Positions 35,577 to 45,704 of a DNA stretch of 64,000 nucleotides are shown here, piece after piece. Every line of letters begins with the position of its first letter. The first letter of the stretch is position 1. Under the pieces are notes generated by a model. It saw only the letters and a list, made by a program, of their open reading frames with translations. It searched no databases and was not told the DNA's origin. This DNA is from Thecamonas trahens ATCC 50062 (Eukaryota; Protista; Apusomonadida). Location of the stretch: the NCBI RefSeq assembly GCF_000142905.1, contig NW_013657661.1, positions 434,001-498,000 on the forward strand, written 5' to 3'. A program made the translations under genes and the position numbers.

Positions 35577-38099
35577 TTACAGTGTGGACTGTCCGCGCAG
35601 CCAGGGATGGAGGGCGACGTCCGAGATGGTGAACCGGTGGGCCTCATTGACGACAAGCATGTTGGACATGAGGTCGCGGAGGGCGGGTGACCACTTGGGC
35701 GGGAGGTAGTACGAGCCGGCGACGATGGCCTGCGGGGTCTCGAAAGGCATCTGGCCCTCCATCAAGAGGTAGAGGAGGACGCCGAGCGACCAGATGTCGG
35801 CGCGCTGGTCGTAGGGCGTGTGGAGGAAGCATGCCGGGGAGGCGTAGAACGGCGTGCCACACCACGACGAGAGGAGCTGGCCGGACTCGATGGTGGTGGC
35901 AAAGCCAAAGTCGACGAGTTTGACGTCGCCGGCCGAGTTGACCATGACGTTGTCGAGCTTGATGTCGCGGTGGACAATGTTGTTGCGGTGCAGATAGTGG
36001 ATGGCCTGGACGATGGGGATGAGCAATCTACGGGCTTCGTCCTCGGTCAGGCCGGGCTCGAGTGGGTTGTCGTAGTGCCAAAGGTGGACGAGGTCCGAGC
36101 CGTCGATGTACTCCATGACGAGGTAGAGCCTTGTCTCGGTCTCGACCACGTCAAAGAGCTTGACAACGTTCTCATGGTCGCACACTTTGAGCAGGGCAAT
36201 TTCGTTGTGGAGGCGGATGAGGTCGATCGAGTCGGGCTCGAGCTTGTCGGTCCGCACAATCTTGATGGCGCGGAGCTCACCGGTGGCCTTGACAGTGGCG
36301 AGGCGGACTTCGCCGGACGAGCCCTTGCCGAGCAGGCGCGAGAACGAGTACTTGGCGAGCGCCGGGTGCGAGACCTCGATGGTCGCTTCCTCGCCTGCGG
36401 CACGCCAAACGTCGTTGGCGTCGGGCGGCGACGACGACGACGGCGACTCTCCGCCGGAGCGGACGTCGGCTGGATCGATCCAAGGTGTGAAAAAGGCGGA
36501 GAACATGCGGGTGGAGCGGTCGACCGAGGCTACGGAGCGGTCAGAGGCCTCGCCCCCGGCCGAGGCCAGCGAGTCGACGTGCGAGTCGGCCGAGCTCGAG
36601 CTCGAGCGGACGAGCTCAAGCGGAAAGTAGTCGTCGATGGTGAGGCAGACAACAAACTCGGAGCCGTCCTTGTGATACGAGACGAGCCGGCGCGAGCCGA
36701 GCTTGAGTCGTTGCATCTCCGACTCAAACTCGGCGAGACTCTTGGCCATGGCCTCGAAGCTTGCAGTCGACATCTCGTACGACCGCATGTCGCCGAGGAG
36801 TTTGGAGACGTGGTGGCCGACGAGCTCGCGTGACTCGTAGCCGTACATGAGTCGGAACGAGGGGGTGACCGACTTGATTATGCCCGACGAGTCAAAAGTC
36901 ATCATACACTCCATGTCTTCGACACGGTCAATGAGAGCCTCAAACCGCTGGCCGTCATCGGTCCGCAGCTCCTTGACACGGAGCGAGATGGGGAAGAGCA
37001 GACCGTTCTTGTGGAGACCGGGGACGTGGCGGACTTTGTCGAGCACTTTCTTGACGCCGGTCTCGATGTAGGAGGTCAGGAAACCGTCGTGGGCCGACGA
37101 GTACGGCTCGGGCATGAGCTTCTTGACGTTGAAGCCCTCAAGCTCGAGCTTGGAGTAGCCAAAGATGTCGGTCATCGAGTTGTTGACGTAGGTGATGATA
37201 CCCGAGGTGTCGATGACGGTGTGGCCCGTCGGCGTGTCGTCATGCTCGACAAGCGCCACATACAGCGGGGCGCCCTCTGTGGTTGTCAGCTCGGTGACAT
37301 GCAGCAGCATGTTGAACGTGTGGCCCTTGAGGTGCAGACCCTCGACCCGGCGAGTGATGCCAATGGCTCGGTTCGCGCCGCGCTCTTCGTGGCGACGGAT
37401 AAAAGTGTGGTGCTGCTCGGCAAAATGCACCGGCATCAACACCTCGAGCCGCTCGCCTGCAAGCTCGTCCGACTTCCAGCCAAACATCCGCGCCGCGTAC
37501 GGGTTCGCCGACCGGATGATCGAGTCGGACGTGGCAGTGATGACGCCCTGGAAGCCTTGCTGGATGGTCATGGTCTTGGAGATGCTCATGGCTGCCGCGC
37601 GCGACTTGGCCACCCGCCGTGAGACCGAGTTGTGCGACTTTTTCTTCTTGTGATGCCGGCGGCGCGACCGCTGCTTGCTCGCACCAGCGGCACACGCAGC
37701 TCCAGCCTCGGGCTCAAGCGGCGGCGAGACGGGCATGCCACCATGCCCAGCCACCGGGCACCCGCCACTACTGGCAGCGGTGGCTGACGCCGGAGCTGCG
37801 GTGGCACGACCACTGTAGCCACCAGAGTCATTGCCCTTGGACCGCTTCACGTCTTCCGAGTGGATGCTAGCGATGGTGTCTTCGGACGGGGCACGCTTTG
37901 CCGGGCACACCGATGATGATGAGGGTGAGCTGGTGCCGGCTGTACCGACCGAGCCCATGGTGACCGGCGAGGTCGAGTTTGGCGAGGCAACGCTCGAGCC
38001 GATCTGTGGCGTCTGTCCCGAGACAGACATCGAGCACTGACCCGATGCGGAGATCGATGACGACCTCGAGTAGTACGGCGTCTGAGCCCTCCCGGCCAT
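35577..38099 (-). CDS. Triple-PAS-domain Ser/Thr protein kinase (CAMK group, AMPK/MARK-like catalytic domain)
   Basis: Three PAS domains across about 37560-36640. Kinase motifs LGKGSSGEV, RAIK, HRDIKLDN, DFG, WCGTPFY, DIWSLGV. The start codon is uncertain. Confidence 0.88.
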   Translation of the reverse strand: MAGRAQTPYYSRSSSISASGQCSMSVSGQTPQIGSSVASPNSTSPVTMGSVGTAGTSSPSSSSVCPAKRAPSEDTIASIHSEDVKRSKGNDSGGYSGRATAAPASATAASSGGCPVAGHGGMPVSPPLEPEAGAACAAGASKQRSRRRHHKKKKSHNSVSRRVAKSRAAAMSISKTMTIQQGFQGVITATSDSIIRSANPYAARMFGWKSDELAGERLEVLMPVHFAEQHHTFIRRHEERGANRAIGITRRVEGLHLKGHTFNMLLHVTELTTTEGAPLYVALVEHDDTPTGHTVIDTSGIITYVNNSMTDIFGYSKLELEGFNVKKLMPEPYSSAHDGFLTSYIETGVKKVLDKVRHVPGLHKNGLLFPISLRVKELRTDDGQRFEALIDRVEDMECMMTFDSSGIIKSVTPSFRLMYGYESRELVGHHVSKLLGDMRSYEMSTASFEAMAKSLAEFESEMQRLKLGSRRLVSYHKDGSEFVVCLTIDDYFPLELVRSSSSSADSHVDSLASAGGEASDRSVASVDRSTRMFSAFFTPWIDPADVRSGGESPSSSSPPDANDVWRAAGEEATIEVSHPALAKYSFSRLLGKGSSGEVRLATVKATGELRAIKIVRTDKLEPDSIDLIRLHNEIALLKVCDHENVVKLFDVVETETRLYLVMEYIDGSDLVHLWHYDNPLEPGLTEDEARRLLIPIVQAIHYLHRNNIVHRDIKLDNVMVNSAGDVKLVDFGFATTIESGQLLSSWCGTPFYASPACFLHTPYDQRADIWSLGVLLYLLMEGQMPFETPQAIVAGSYYLPPKWSPALRDLMSNMLVVNEAHRFTISDVALHPWLRGQSTL

Positions 38100-39105
38100 G
38101 ATCACCAGATCATTCTCCGGGACTTGGACCGGTTGACTGGCACCTTTTGCGGGACGCTGCGCCCTGGCAGCTTTTTTTGAATGATGTTGCCCTAGTGATC
38201 GGTGTCCCCCGCACGACACGACGAGAGCAGGGAGTGCGTGAGTCTGGAAGGTCTCTCTGGCACCTCTGCTGCCACTGTCCCCCCCCCCCCCCCCCCCCCC
38301 CCTTCCTTTCGCTGTCACGGTCGGGAGCGGGTGGGTGGGGAGGGGTAGCAGGAGCGTGGGGGGAGGGCACGACGCTGTGAACGTGTCCTGCCCGCTGGCA
38401 GGGAACACGTCAGAGGAAGCAACAAGCGTAGCGCATGACGTACCCATTACAGCGTGAAGGACGGGAAGACGGTGCAAGAAGTAGAAGGGGTGGGGTGGAG
38501 GTGGCGAGGGTGGTGGTTGGAGGGGAGAGGGAGGGGAAGTGCGGTGTGGGTGAGGTGAGGTGGTGCGTCGAGGGGGACGAAGCGGAGGGGGACGGGTGGA
38601 CGGAGGGTGGTGGGAGGCGTGACCAGATCCATGCTTCGACAACGTCGCAAATGATCAACCTGGTCAGTATGGGCAAACGATTAAGGGAACGAAAAACAAT
38701 AGTGAAATTTCCCCAGGGAGGGGGTTGTTGATGCGATGGGCGCAGGATTAGCACGCTAAAGTCGCATCAGTGCAGGGGAGGGAGAGGTGCAGATAGGGAC
38801 TTGGAGTATGCTGTGCGTATTGTGTGTGGGGTGATTGGGAGAAGATAGAGGGCTTGCTTGGGAGGATGTAGTGATACTGGTGATGGATGAGCGCATTGTT
38901 CAGGAATAATTCCCCGCCATCGGCAATGCTCTGGTCATTGTCTCGCCTTTGATTGATCCCACCAAACGGCATATCGTCCTTAATTGGTGCCGCTTCAGTT
39001 TGGATGGGCTGTCAACACGCTGCGATGACTGCCGGCGGCTGGCGGCTGGCGGCTAGAGGCTGGTGCTTCGAGGCACCGGTCGCGTGTGGGAGAGGCAGAA
39101 ACGAC

Positions 39106-40713
39106 ATGGCTGACGACGGGGCGCCGTTTCTTGGAACCCGGCTGCGGAGTGCAGGCAGCAGGGTGCTGGGCAAGGGCAAGGGCTGGGGGAAGAAGCGTGG
39201 CCAGGCGTCGAGCTCGACCTTTGTCCCGCTGAGTTACTCGTCGTCGCGGGGCAACAAGGCGCCACGGATCCAGCTCGGGCTCAACGATCTGATGGACGAG
39301 GAGGACAAGCTGCATGAAGTGATGAAGAGCCAGGCTCGGGCGGCGGGGGTGCGGAAGCGAGTGCTGGGCGGAGAGAGTGTCGGGCAGGCGGGGAACGGAC
39401 TGGATCGGACGGACGCACGGGGCGCGCATGGAGTCGGCTACACGGCTGATGGCACAAGCGCGAGCGGCGACGATCCGCTTGTACTCTTGCGGCGGCATCA
39501 AGGCCCGAGTCTTCCAGCTGGGCTTGTCCGCGAGAGTGCCACGGGCGGAGGGTCTGCGGCGATCGAGCTACCGGCGGGGACGCCGCTAGCGCCTCCGGCA
39601 CCGGCGGGCTATGTCCCGCGCCATGTGTTTGCCGCTGATGGCGCCGTGGCTGGTAGCTGTGCGAGGAATGAGGTGCGGCCGTCAGCGCCGCAGCTCGTGG
39701 TGGAACGGGCATCGGGCGAGCACGCACCGTTTGCGGCACAGCCTGCGGTGCAGGCACGGTATGAGGCGTGGAGGGCAGGCGGCGAGGCGGCGGTCACGTT
39801 TCCACCAAGCTATACCCGGCACGACATCCGGCACGAGCTGGCGCAGTTTGTGGGCGCGGAGTCGTTCTTTACCCCGCTGGCAATGCCGGTGGCATCTCGG
39901 TTTGCGCGAGCAAGCGGGCCGGGCGACGCGGCGCCTGCGCGGGGTGGCACCAGGCGCGGGCGCCGGATCGAGACCTGGACGCCGCACCCGCTGCTGCTGA
40001 AACGGTGCGGCTTCCCGCGCGACAAGGACGCGCCGCGGATGGACAAGAGTGCTGCGAAGGCGTTGTCACGACTTGGGACCCACGCGGCGTCTGACACAAG
40101 CGTGTCGCTAGCCGATCTCACCGGGGTCGCGGGCGTCGAGAGAGAGGAGCCACAGGGAGTTGCCCACGTGCCTGAGCCCGAGCCTGAGCTGCTCGCCGCT
40201 GCCGATCCGGTGCTCCTTGCCGCGGTCTTTGCTGGCGAAGCCGCTGACGCTGCAAGCGCAGCAGTACTCTCGGCAACCGCGGCTGCCGCCGATCTCGAGC
40301 TGGACGCAATTTGCGTGGCGCTCCCACCGGTGCAGCGGGTGGCGGTCGGCGAGGCGGCCGAGGAGAGCAGCGAGTGGAAGCGGCAGAAGGGGCTGTCCGA
40401 GGCGAACATGGATGGCGAGGATGCGAGGTCGACCACAAGTGGCAGCGCGAGCGGGTGCGAGAGTAGCAGTGGCGGACGGCGGGAGCGGAAGCGGCGGGAG
40501 CGACGACGAGAGCGGCATTCTGGGCGTCGGCGTCGGAGGCGGCGGTCATCCGACGAGCGGGGATCGCGGCGGCGGCGGCACGAGCACAGCAGCCGTCGTC
40601 ATCACTCCCGCCACCGATCCCGTCACCGCACCCGCCACTCCCGCCATCGAGGCGGCAGCTGCAGCGGGAGTGCAAGTCGGAGTGGAAGTCGTCAGAGGCG
40701 GCATCGACGCTGA
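39106..40713 (+). CDS. GPATCH1: GPATCH1/TOUGH-like splicing-associated protein
   Basis: FVPLSYSSSRGNKA…DLMDEED, HGVGY, PFAAQPAVQARYE, ASRFA, WTPHPLLLKRCG and an RS/RH-rich tail. These match GPATCH1 blocks as I recall them. Confidence 0.7.
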   Translation: MADDGAPFLGTRLRSAGSRVLGKGKGWGKKRGQASSSTFVPLSYSSSRGNKAPRIQLGLNDLMDEEDKLHEVMKSQARAAGVRKRVLGGESVGQAGNGLDRTDARGAHGVGYTADGTSASGDDPLVLLRRHQGPSLPAGLVRESATGGGSAAIELPAGTPLAPPAPAGYVPRHVFAADGAVAGSCARNEVRPSAPQLVVERASGEHAPFAAQPAVQARYEAWRAGGEAAVTFPPSYTRHDIRHELAQFVGAESFFTPLAMPVASRFARASGPGDAAPARGGTRRGRRIETWTPHPLLLKRCGFPRDKDAPRMDKSAAKALSRLGTHAASDTSVSLADLTGVAGVEREEPQGVAHVPEPEPELLAAADPVLLAAVFAGEAADAASAAVLSATAAAADLELDAICVALPPVQRVAVGEAAEESSEWKRQKGLSEANMDGEDARSTTSGSASGCESSSGGRRERKRRERRRERHSGRRRRRRRSSDERGSRRRRHEHSSRRHHSRHRSRHRTRHSRHRGGSCSGSASRSGSRQRRHRR

Positions 40714-40733
40714 CGGGCTGAGTTTCAAAGCGC

Positions 40734-42910
40734 TCACCAGATTGGAGAGATGTCTGGGAGGCTGTGGCGGAGCACCCAGGCGCGAAGTGACCACCCGTAG
40801 CCCGAAGCAGCGGCGCCGACAAATGCGGATGCGGCGGCGAGAGCGGCGACGGCGAGCGGAGGGTGAGCGAGGACGGCGAGAGCGGCGTTGATGGCGGCAA
40901 ACGAGCCCGAGTTGAGGCCGACGACAACGAGGTTGGTGGTGTTAAAGTACCGGACGCCGCGGTAGCCAAAGCCGGAGACGAGAAAGGCAAAGTGGAAGAT
41001 GACGCCGTAGCCGCCGGCATGGGCCTCGGCGGCGCCAAAGTCACAGGGCGTGGCGAGCGCGGCGTTGATGAACGCGACGACACAAAAGAGCGCGAGGAGC
41101 GCATAGAGAAGCGCAAGACCGACGCCGCGGCGGCGCACAACGGCAGCTGCCGGCACAGGAGCCGCATCCAGCATGGCCTGGCCCTCGTCCTCGGTGTAGG
41201 TTGTTGGGGTGTTTGCGGCCGGAAGCGCAATGGCGAGCGCCGACAACGGATCCGGGCCAGGCGGCGCGTCCGAGTCCGAGCTCGAGTAGTCGAGAAGAGC
41301 GACGAGAGCCTCGCGCTCGCGAGCTGGCTGGTCCGATGCCGGCGAGAGGTCAAGGAAGAAGAAGGCGAGACCAAGACCGGCAGCAAGAGCACCGCGGAGG
41401 GCGACAAAGGCGGTGGCGAAGCGGAACCAGAGCTCGCTGCGAGTCGGCCACGAGATAAGCATGGATGTCGCTTGCGAGATCGAGACCAGCGCAAGAAGCC
41501 CAGCGAGGCAGTAGTGCAGCCGGCGACGGTTGGCAAAGACGCTCTGCGACTCGGCAATCTTGAAGAACTGCAGGTGGTAGAGGGCGACGGCATGGATGGC
41601 AAAGTTGAGGGCGAGGGCGAGGCCCTGCGGGGCTGCCCCAGCTCGAGCGCCAGCAAGAACAATGGCGATGCACTCGCCCTGCCATAGGCCGAAAAGCAAG
41701 GTTGCGGCCAAGCCCGCCAGCGCGGTGCGCCATGCAGGGCGATGGAGCTTGGCAGATGCCAGCGCGCGTGCCATTGTCAGCAGTGACCGCCCGCGGACAA
41801 CGTCAGTGCCAGGCCCGACGACGGTGTGCGGGACAGATGCCTGAGTAAAGCGGCAGATAACGGCGGCACGGAGGGCAACACATCGCCAGGTGGCGACGGC
41901 GTTAATAACAACTCGCAGGCCGAGTGCACATGCGTTGAGAGCTAATACTCGGTCACAGCGGGAAGGAGTGGCGACGGCAGCATGGACAGTTGCGGCAAGC
42001 TGGACGGCGTAGTAGGCGGTAAAGAGCCCGTTGGCAAAGCTAAAGACCTGCAGCAGTGCGGGCCGTAGCGCGGTGACAGCGTGGCAGCCTTGCGAGAGGA
42101 CGATGGCCTTGTGGATGGCGCCGTTGTAGCCCTCGACTAGAGCACGGAGCGCGAGCTCAAAGGCCCAGGGTGAGGAAGCAGCCGATGCGAGCGCCATTGC
42201 CGAGGCTGGGCCGACGATGCGGGCCACAAGCGGAGTGGCGAGAATCTCGACGACGTACCATGCGGACTGCAGACCGACCGCCAGGCGGGCCTGGCGCGCA
42301 AGAGCAAGTAGCTGCGGCGGGGCAGTCTGTAGGGCGGAAGCAACCGCAAGATCGCGCTCCGACTCGTGGTCGGGCGGGCTGATGACGTTGCGGATGCGGA
42401 GAGCTTGGGTGAGGCATGTAGTGGCGAGGCTCACATGCGCCACAGTTACAAAGAGCGCCGGCAGCCAGCCGGGGCAACCGTAAGCAAAGGGGCCGATGAG
42501 CAGGTCTGCGAGCGAGGCCCATGCAGCAGCAGTGACAAACGCGTGGCCAACTACCTGCATCCACCAGTAGTGCAGCCGTCGCGAGTGGTAAAACAGCGAT
42601 GCGACGCCGACAACAAAGACAGCATGCATGGCATTGACGTAAACAAGGACGTCAAGATGAAAGAAAGCAAAGAGCGACGGAATGGGAGACATAGGCGATG
42701 GCGATGGCGATGGCGATGGCGTTGAGGGCGGGAAGAACATCCTTGGTGCCGCCAGTAGCACACAATGGATGATAAACGAGAGAGTGACAAGAAAGTTCCA
42801 TCGGAGAAAGGCCATCGACTGGCGCGAGGCTTGTGAGAGCTGTCGCGCGGTGAACGCAGCAATGGCGGGATCGGTGGCGGCGTCGTTGGTGATGGCGGCG
42901 GCGGCGTCGT

Positions 42911-42943
<33 letters not shown>

Positions 42944-43100
42944 TGGCGGTGGCGGTGGCGCGGCGGCGCTTAGCCTGGACCGAGTCGTAGATAGCAAAGG
43001 TGAAGAAGGCGGTGGCGGCGGCAGTGGCGTAGGGCACGAGCAGGTAGACCCAGCCCCACCATGGTGTTGGAGATGCTCCGAGGACGGTAGGTCCGTCCAT
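40734..43100 (-). CDS. Hypothetical multi-pass membrane protein (788 aa)
   Basis: Uninterrupted ORF with more than 12 hydrophobic segments. No family recognised. Confidence 0.65.
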
Positions 43101-43271
43101 GGGTGGTTGTGAGGGCGGGAGAGGGGGGGGACGGGGGAGGGGGGGGGGGCGACAGGTGGCAGGGGTCTGTGTCTGGGGAGGGAGGGAGGGAAGAGGCGGG
43201 GGAGGGGGATGTAGCCATGGGTGTAATTACAATCATGGGTAATGTTGCTGGCCAGGCGGGATAGATGATGG

Positions 43272-44660
43272 TCATTGGGTGGTCGAGCTGAACGATGCCG
43301 AGGATGATGATGCTGATGAGAGCGACGACAACGAGAACGATCGGGCAGAGGCGGGTGGTGGGCAAGGGGAGGGCGGGAGGGCAAGGGCAAGACTGGCGTA
43401 TGAGATGGATCGCCAGGTGGCTGAGCTCGGGACTGGAACACCGTCGGTGCAAGTGCTCGAGGTCGAGTCGAGAAAGGTGGCAAAGGAGGAGGCGCAAAGA
43501 TCGCCAACGGTGCCGAGATCACGGTGGAAGAGGATGGAGGCGATAGCAGGTGCGTATCGGGGGTGGACAAGGACGACAGTGCCGGCCGAGTCAGGGTGAA
43601 CGGTGGCGGCGGCAAGGCCTTTGCGGGCGCGAGAGAGGTCGGCGACGAGAAAGAGTGCCGATGGAAGAAAGGGCAGCGAACGCTCGTGCCACAGGATGGG
43701 CGCTGCTGTCGGTGCGGGAGAGGCCGGCACCGACGTTGCTACGGTCGCCCACCAGGCGGCAAATACAGTGGCGCAGCAGATGAGGGTGAGGGCGGCAACT
43801 GCCACGATGAGGATGACTAGACGAGACCGGGTCTCGCTGTTGGACGACGAGTACTCGGCAAGGACCTCGGCAGAGGGCGGCGGCGGGAGAGAGTCGACCT
43901 GCGCAGCGATGGCGTAGTCGACGGCGGCGGGAGTAAGCGGACGGATGCGAATAAAGACGGTGCTGGGCCAGCGGAGGCCGGCGAGATGGCTTGCGGTGAG
44001 CTGAAGGCGTGACGTCGAGGCGTTGAACAGTGCCGTCGACGGCGCCACATCATACGAGGCAAGCATGTCTGCGGCCAAGTCAAGAGTGGAGAGAGCAAGA
44101 TCGAGCGCAATCAGATTGGACGGCAGGTTGACAACCCAGATGTGATCGCGGGATTGCTGCCGAGTCGCTGACTCGGCAGGGAGTGTGTCGTTGACCATCG
44201 AGCCGTGGGCGAGGCTCCGCAGCTGGACGCAGGCGGGTGGGGTGGCAGCCCATGCCGGGCATGATCGGTACCATCGCGGGCGGGCGCCACGGTCGGGCGG
44301 AGCGACTTCGCGGCAGAGGCCGTCGATGGAGCACATGCCACAGCCATTCTCGGCAGTACACGCGTGGCAGTCGTTCCTGAACGCCGAGCAGTGGCGCTCA
44401 CAAGACGAGTAGCTCCATGATCGATGCGGGCAGCGCGGGTAGCCTGCGGCCGGGCCATCAGCGGTTCCATTGTAGCATGCACCAGACACAGCACAGTAGC
44501 CACATCCAGCGGTAGCCACACACATGCCACATCGGTTGGCAAAGGCGAAGCACTGGTCTTGGCTGTGGGTGGGGTGGACGAGGAGTGTGAGCAGGAGAAG
44601 AGAGTGGATCAGCAGAAGTGGCCGTTGTTGCCGTAGTCGTGTGGCGGCGGATGTGGGCAT
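43272..44660 (-). CDS. Type I membrane protein with two PSI-like Cys-rich repeats
   Basis: Signal peptide, CGMCVATAGCGYCAVSGAC…CP…WSYSSC and CHACTAENGCGMCSIDGLC, a beta-rich domain and one TM helix (LVILIVAVAALTLICC). Confidence 0.75.
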   Translation of the reverse strand: MPTSAATRLRQQRPLLLIHSLLLLTLLVHPTHSQDQCFAFANRCGMCVATAGCGYCAVSGACYNGTADGPAAGYPRCPHRSWSYSSCERHCSAFRNDCHACTAENGCGMCSIDGLCREVAPPDRGARPRWYRSCPAWAATPPACVQLRSLAHGSMVNDTLPAESATRQQSRDHIWVVNLPSNLIALDLALSTLDLAADMLASYDVAPSTALFNASTSRLQLTASHLAGLRWPSTVFIRIRPLTPAAVDYAIAAQVDSLPPPPSAEVLAEYSSSNSETRSRLVILIVAVAALTLICCATVFAAWWATVATSVPASPAPTAAPILWHERSLPFLPSALFLVADLSRARKGLAAATVHPDSAGTVVLVHPRYAPAIASILFHRDLGTVGDLCASSFATFLDSTSSTCTDGVPVPSSATWRSISYASLALALPPSPCPPPASARSFSLSSLSSASSSSASFSSTTQ

Positions 44661-44752
44661 GGAGGTGGGTGGGGAGGAGGGGGTGGGGGTGGGGGTGGGA
44701 GGTGGGAGGTGGGAGGTGAGGAGATCAGTGGGTGGTGGTTGGTGGGTAGCGC

Positions 44753-44890
44753 GGGTGGCGGGTGGCCGGGTGGCCGGGTGGCCGGGTGGCCAGGTGGCCG
44801 GGTGGCGGGTGGCGGGTGGCGGGTGGCGGGTGGCGGGTTACGAACGAGCGAACGAGCGAACGAACGAGTGTGAGACAGCGAGCGAACGAA
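44753..44890. repeat. (GGGTGGC[C])n G-rich repeat followed by (GAAC/GAGC)n
   Basis: About 11 GGGTGGC-type units followed by GAACGAGC repeats. Confidence 0.85.
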
Positions 44891-45213
44891 CAGATGAGGG
44901 AATAGCCGACGGAATCGTGCAACACCCGTCTCTGTCCATTTCGCAGACCGGGTTACCTGCGGGAGTGTCTCACACTCTCAGCAGAGGGAACCCTCGTCAT
45001 CCACACTGCCCAACGTGGAGAGAGGGACTGCCCATGGACAAGTAGCTAGGTACGCACTATGTCTCCATCACTAGCACTCTGCTGCGTGGTGTCTATCCCC
45101 CTCCCCCCCCCCCCCCCCCCCTTACTTCCGCGATGCTGGCGGCGAGGGATTATGGCATTGTGAACATTTTTTATTTGTTTGCGCTTTGTCTTGTCCATTC
45201 TTCCGCGCCCTCT

Positions 45214-45253
<40 letters not shown>

Positions 45254-45704
45254 ACCCAGCCCCTTCCTGGCCCATCAATGGCCAGGGGGGACTCATTTGC
45301 ACTCGGGTGCGATGCTATAGCAAACTCCTATCCCGTGGGTTTTGGGCGTGTGCAGTCCCTGGTTCTGCGCGTGTTTACCGACCTCCGGACATCTCCTCTT
45401 GTCCCTCTCCTCTTGTCCCTCTCCCCCTCTCCCCCCCCCCCTCCTTTCCCTTCCCTCTCCCACTCACGTATGTGATACAGATCTTCGCTGATCAGCCTCT
45501 TGCTCCGCTAAAGCCTTGGATGTTGTCGTCACCTGCCGCAGTACGCACATGGTCGCGTCAGGGGACTGCTGCTGTCCATCACATCCCGGCTGATGGACAG
45601 CACCACAGCCTGCACCATGTGCGTGCGCTGGGAGAGTGCTGCCGTGTATCGCACGCCACGTGATGGACTGCACCACTCGCCAGTCGGGCAAGCTCTGCCC
45701 TCAT

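Noticed and set aside
38100-38642. N-terminal 181-aa extension of the PAS kinase given by the ORF track
   Set aside because: It crosses poly-C/G tracts typical of the non-coding spacers here. Upstream exons are possible but unsupported.
45133-45663. Small plus-strand gene or selenoprotein with SECIS
   Set aside because: The ORF runs through microsatellite and C tracts with no recognisable motif, and the hairpin lacks SECIS core features.
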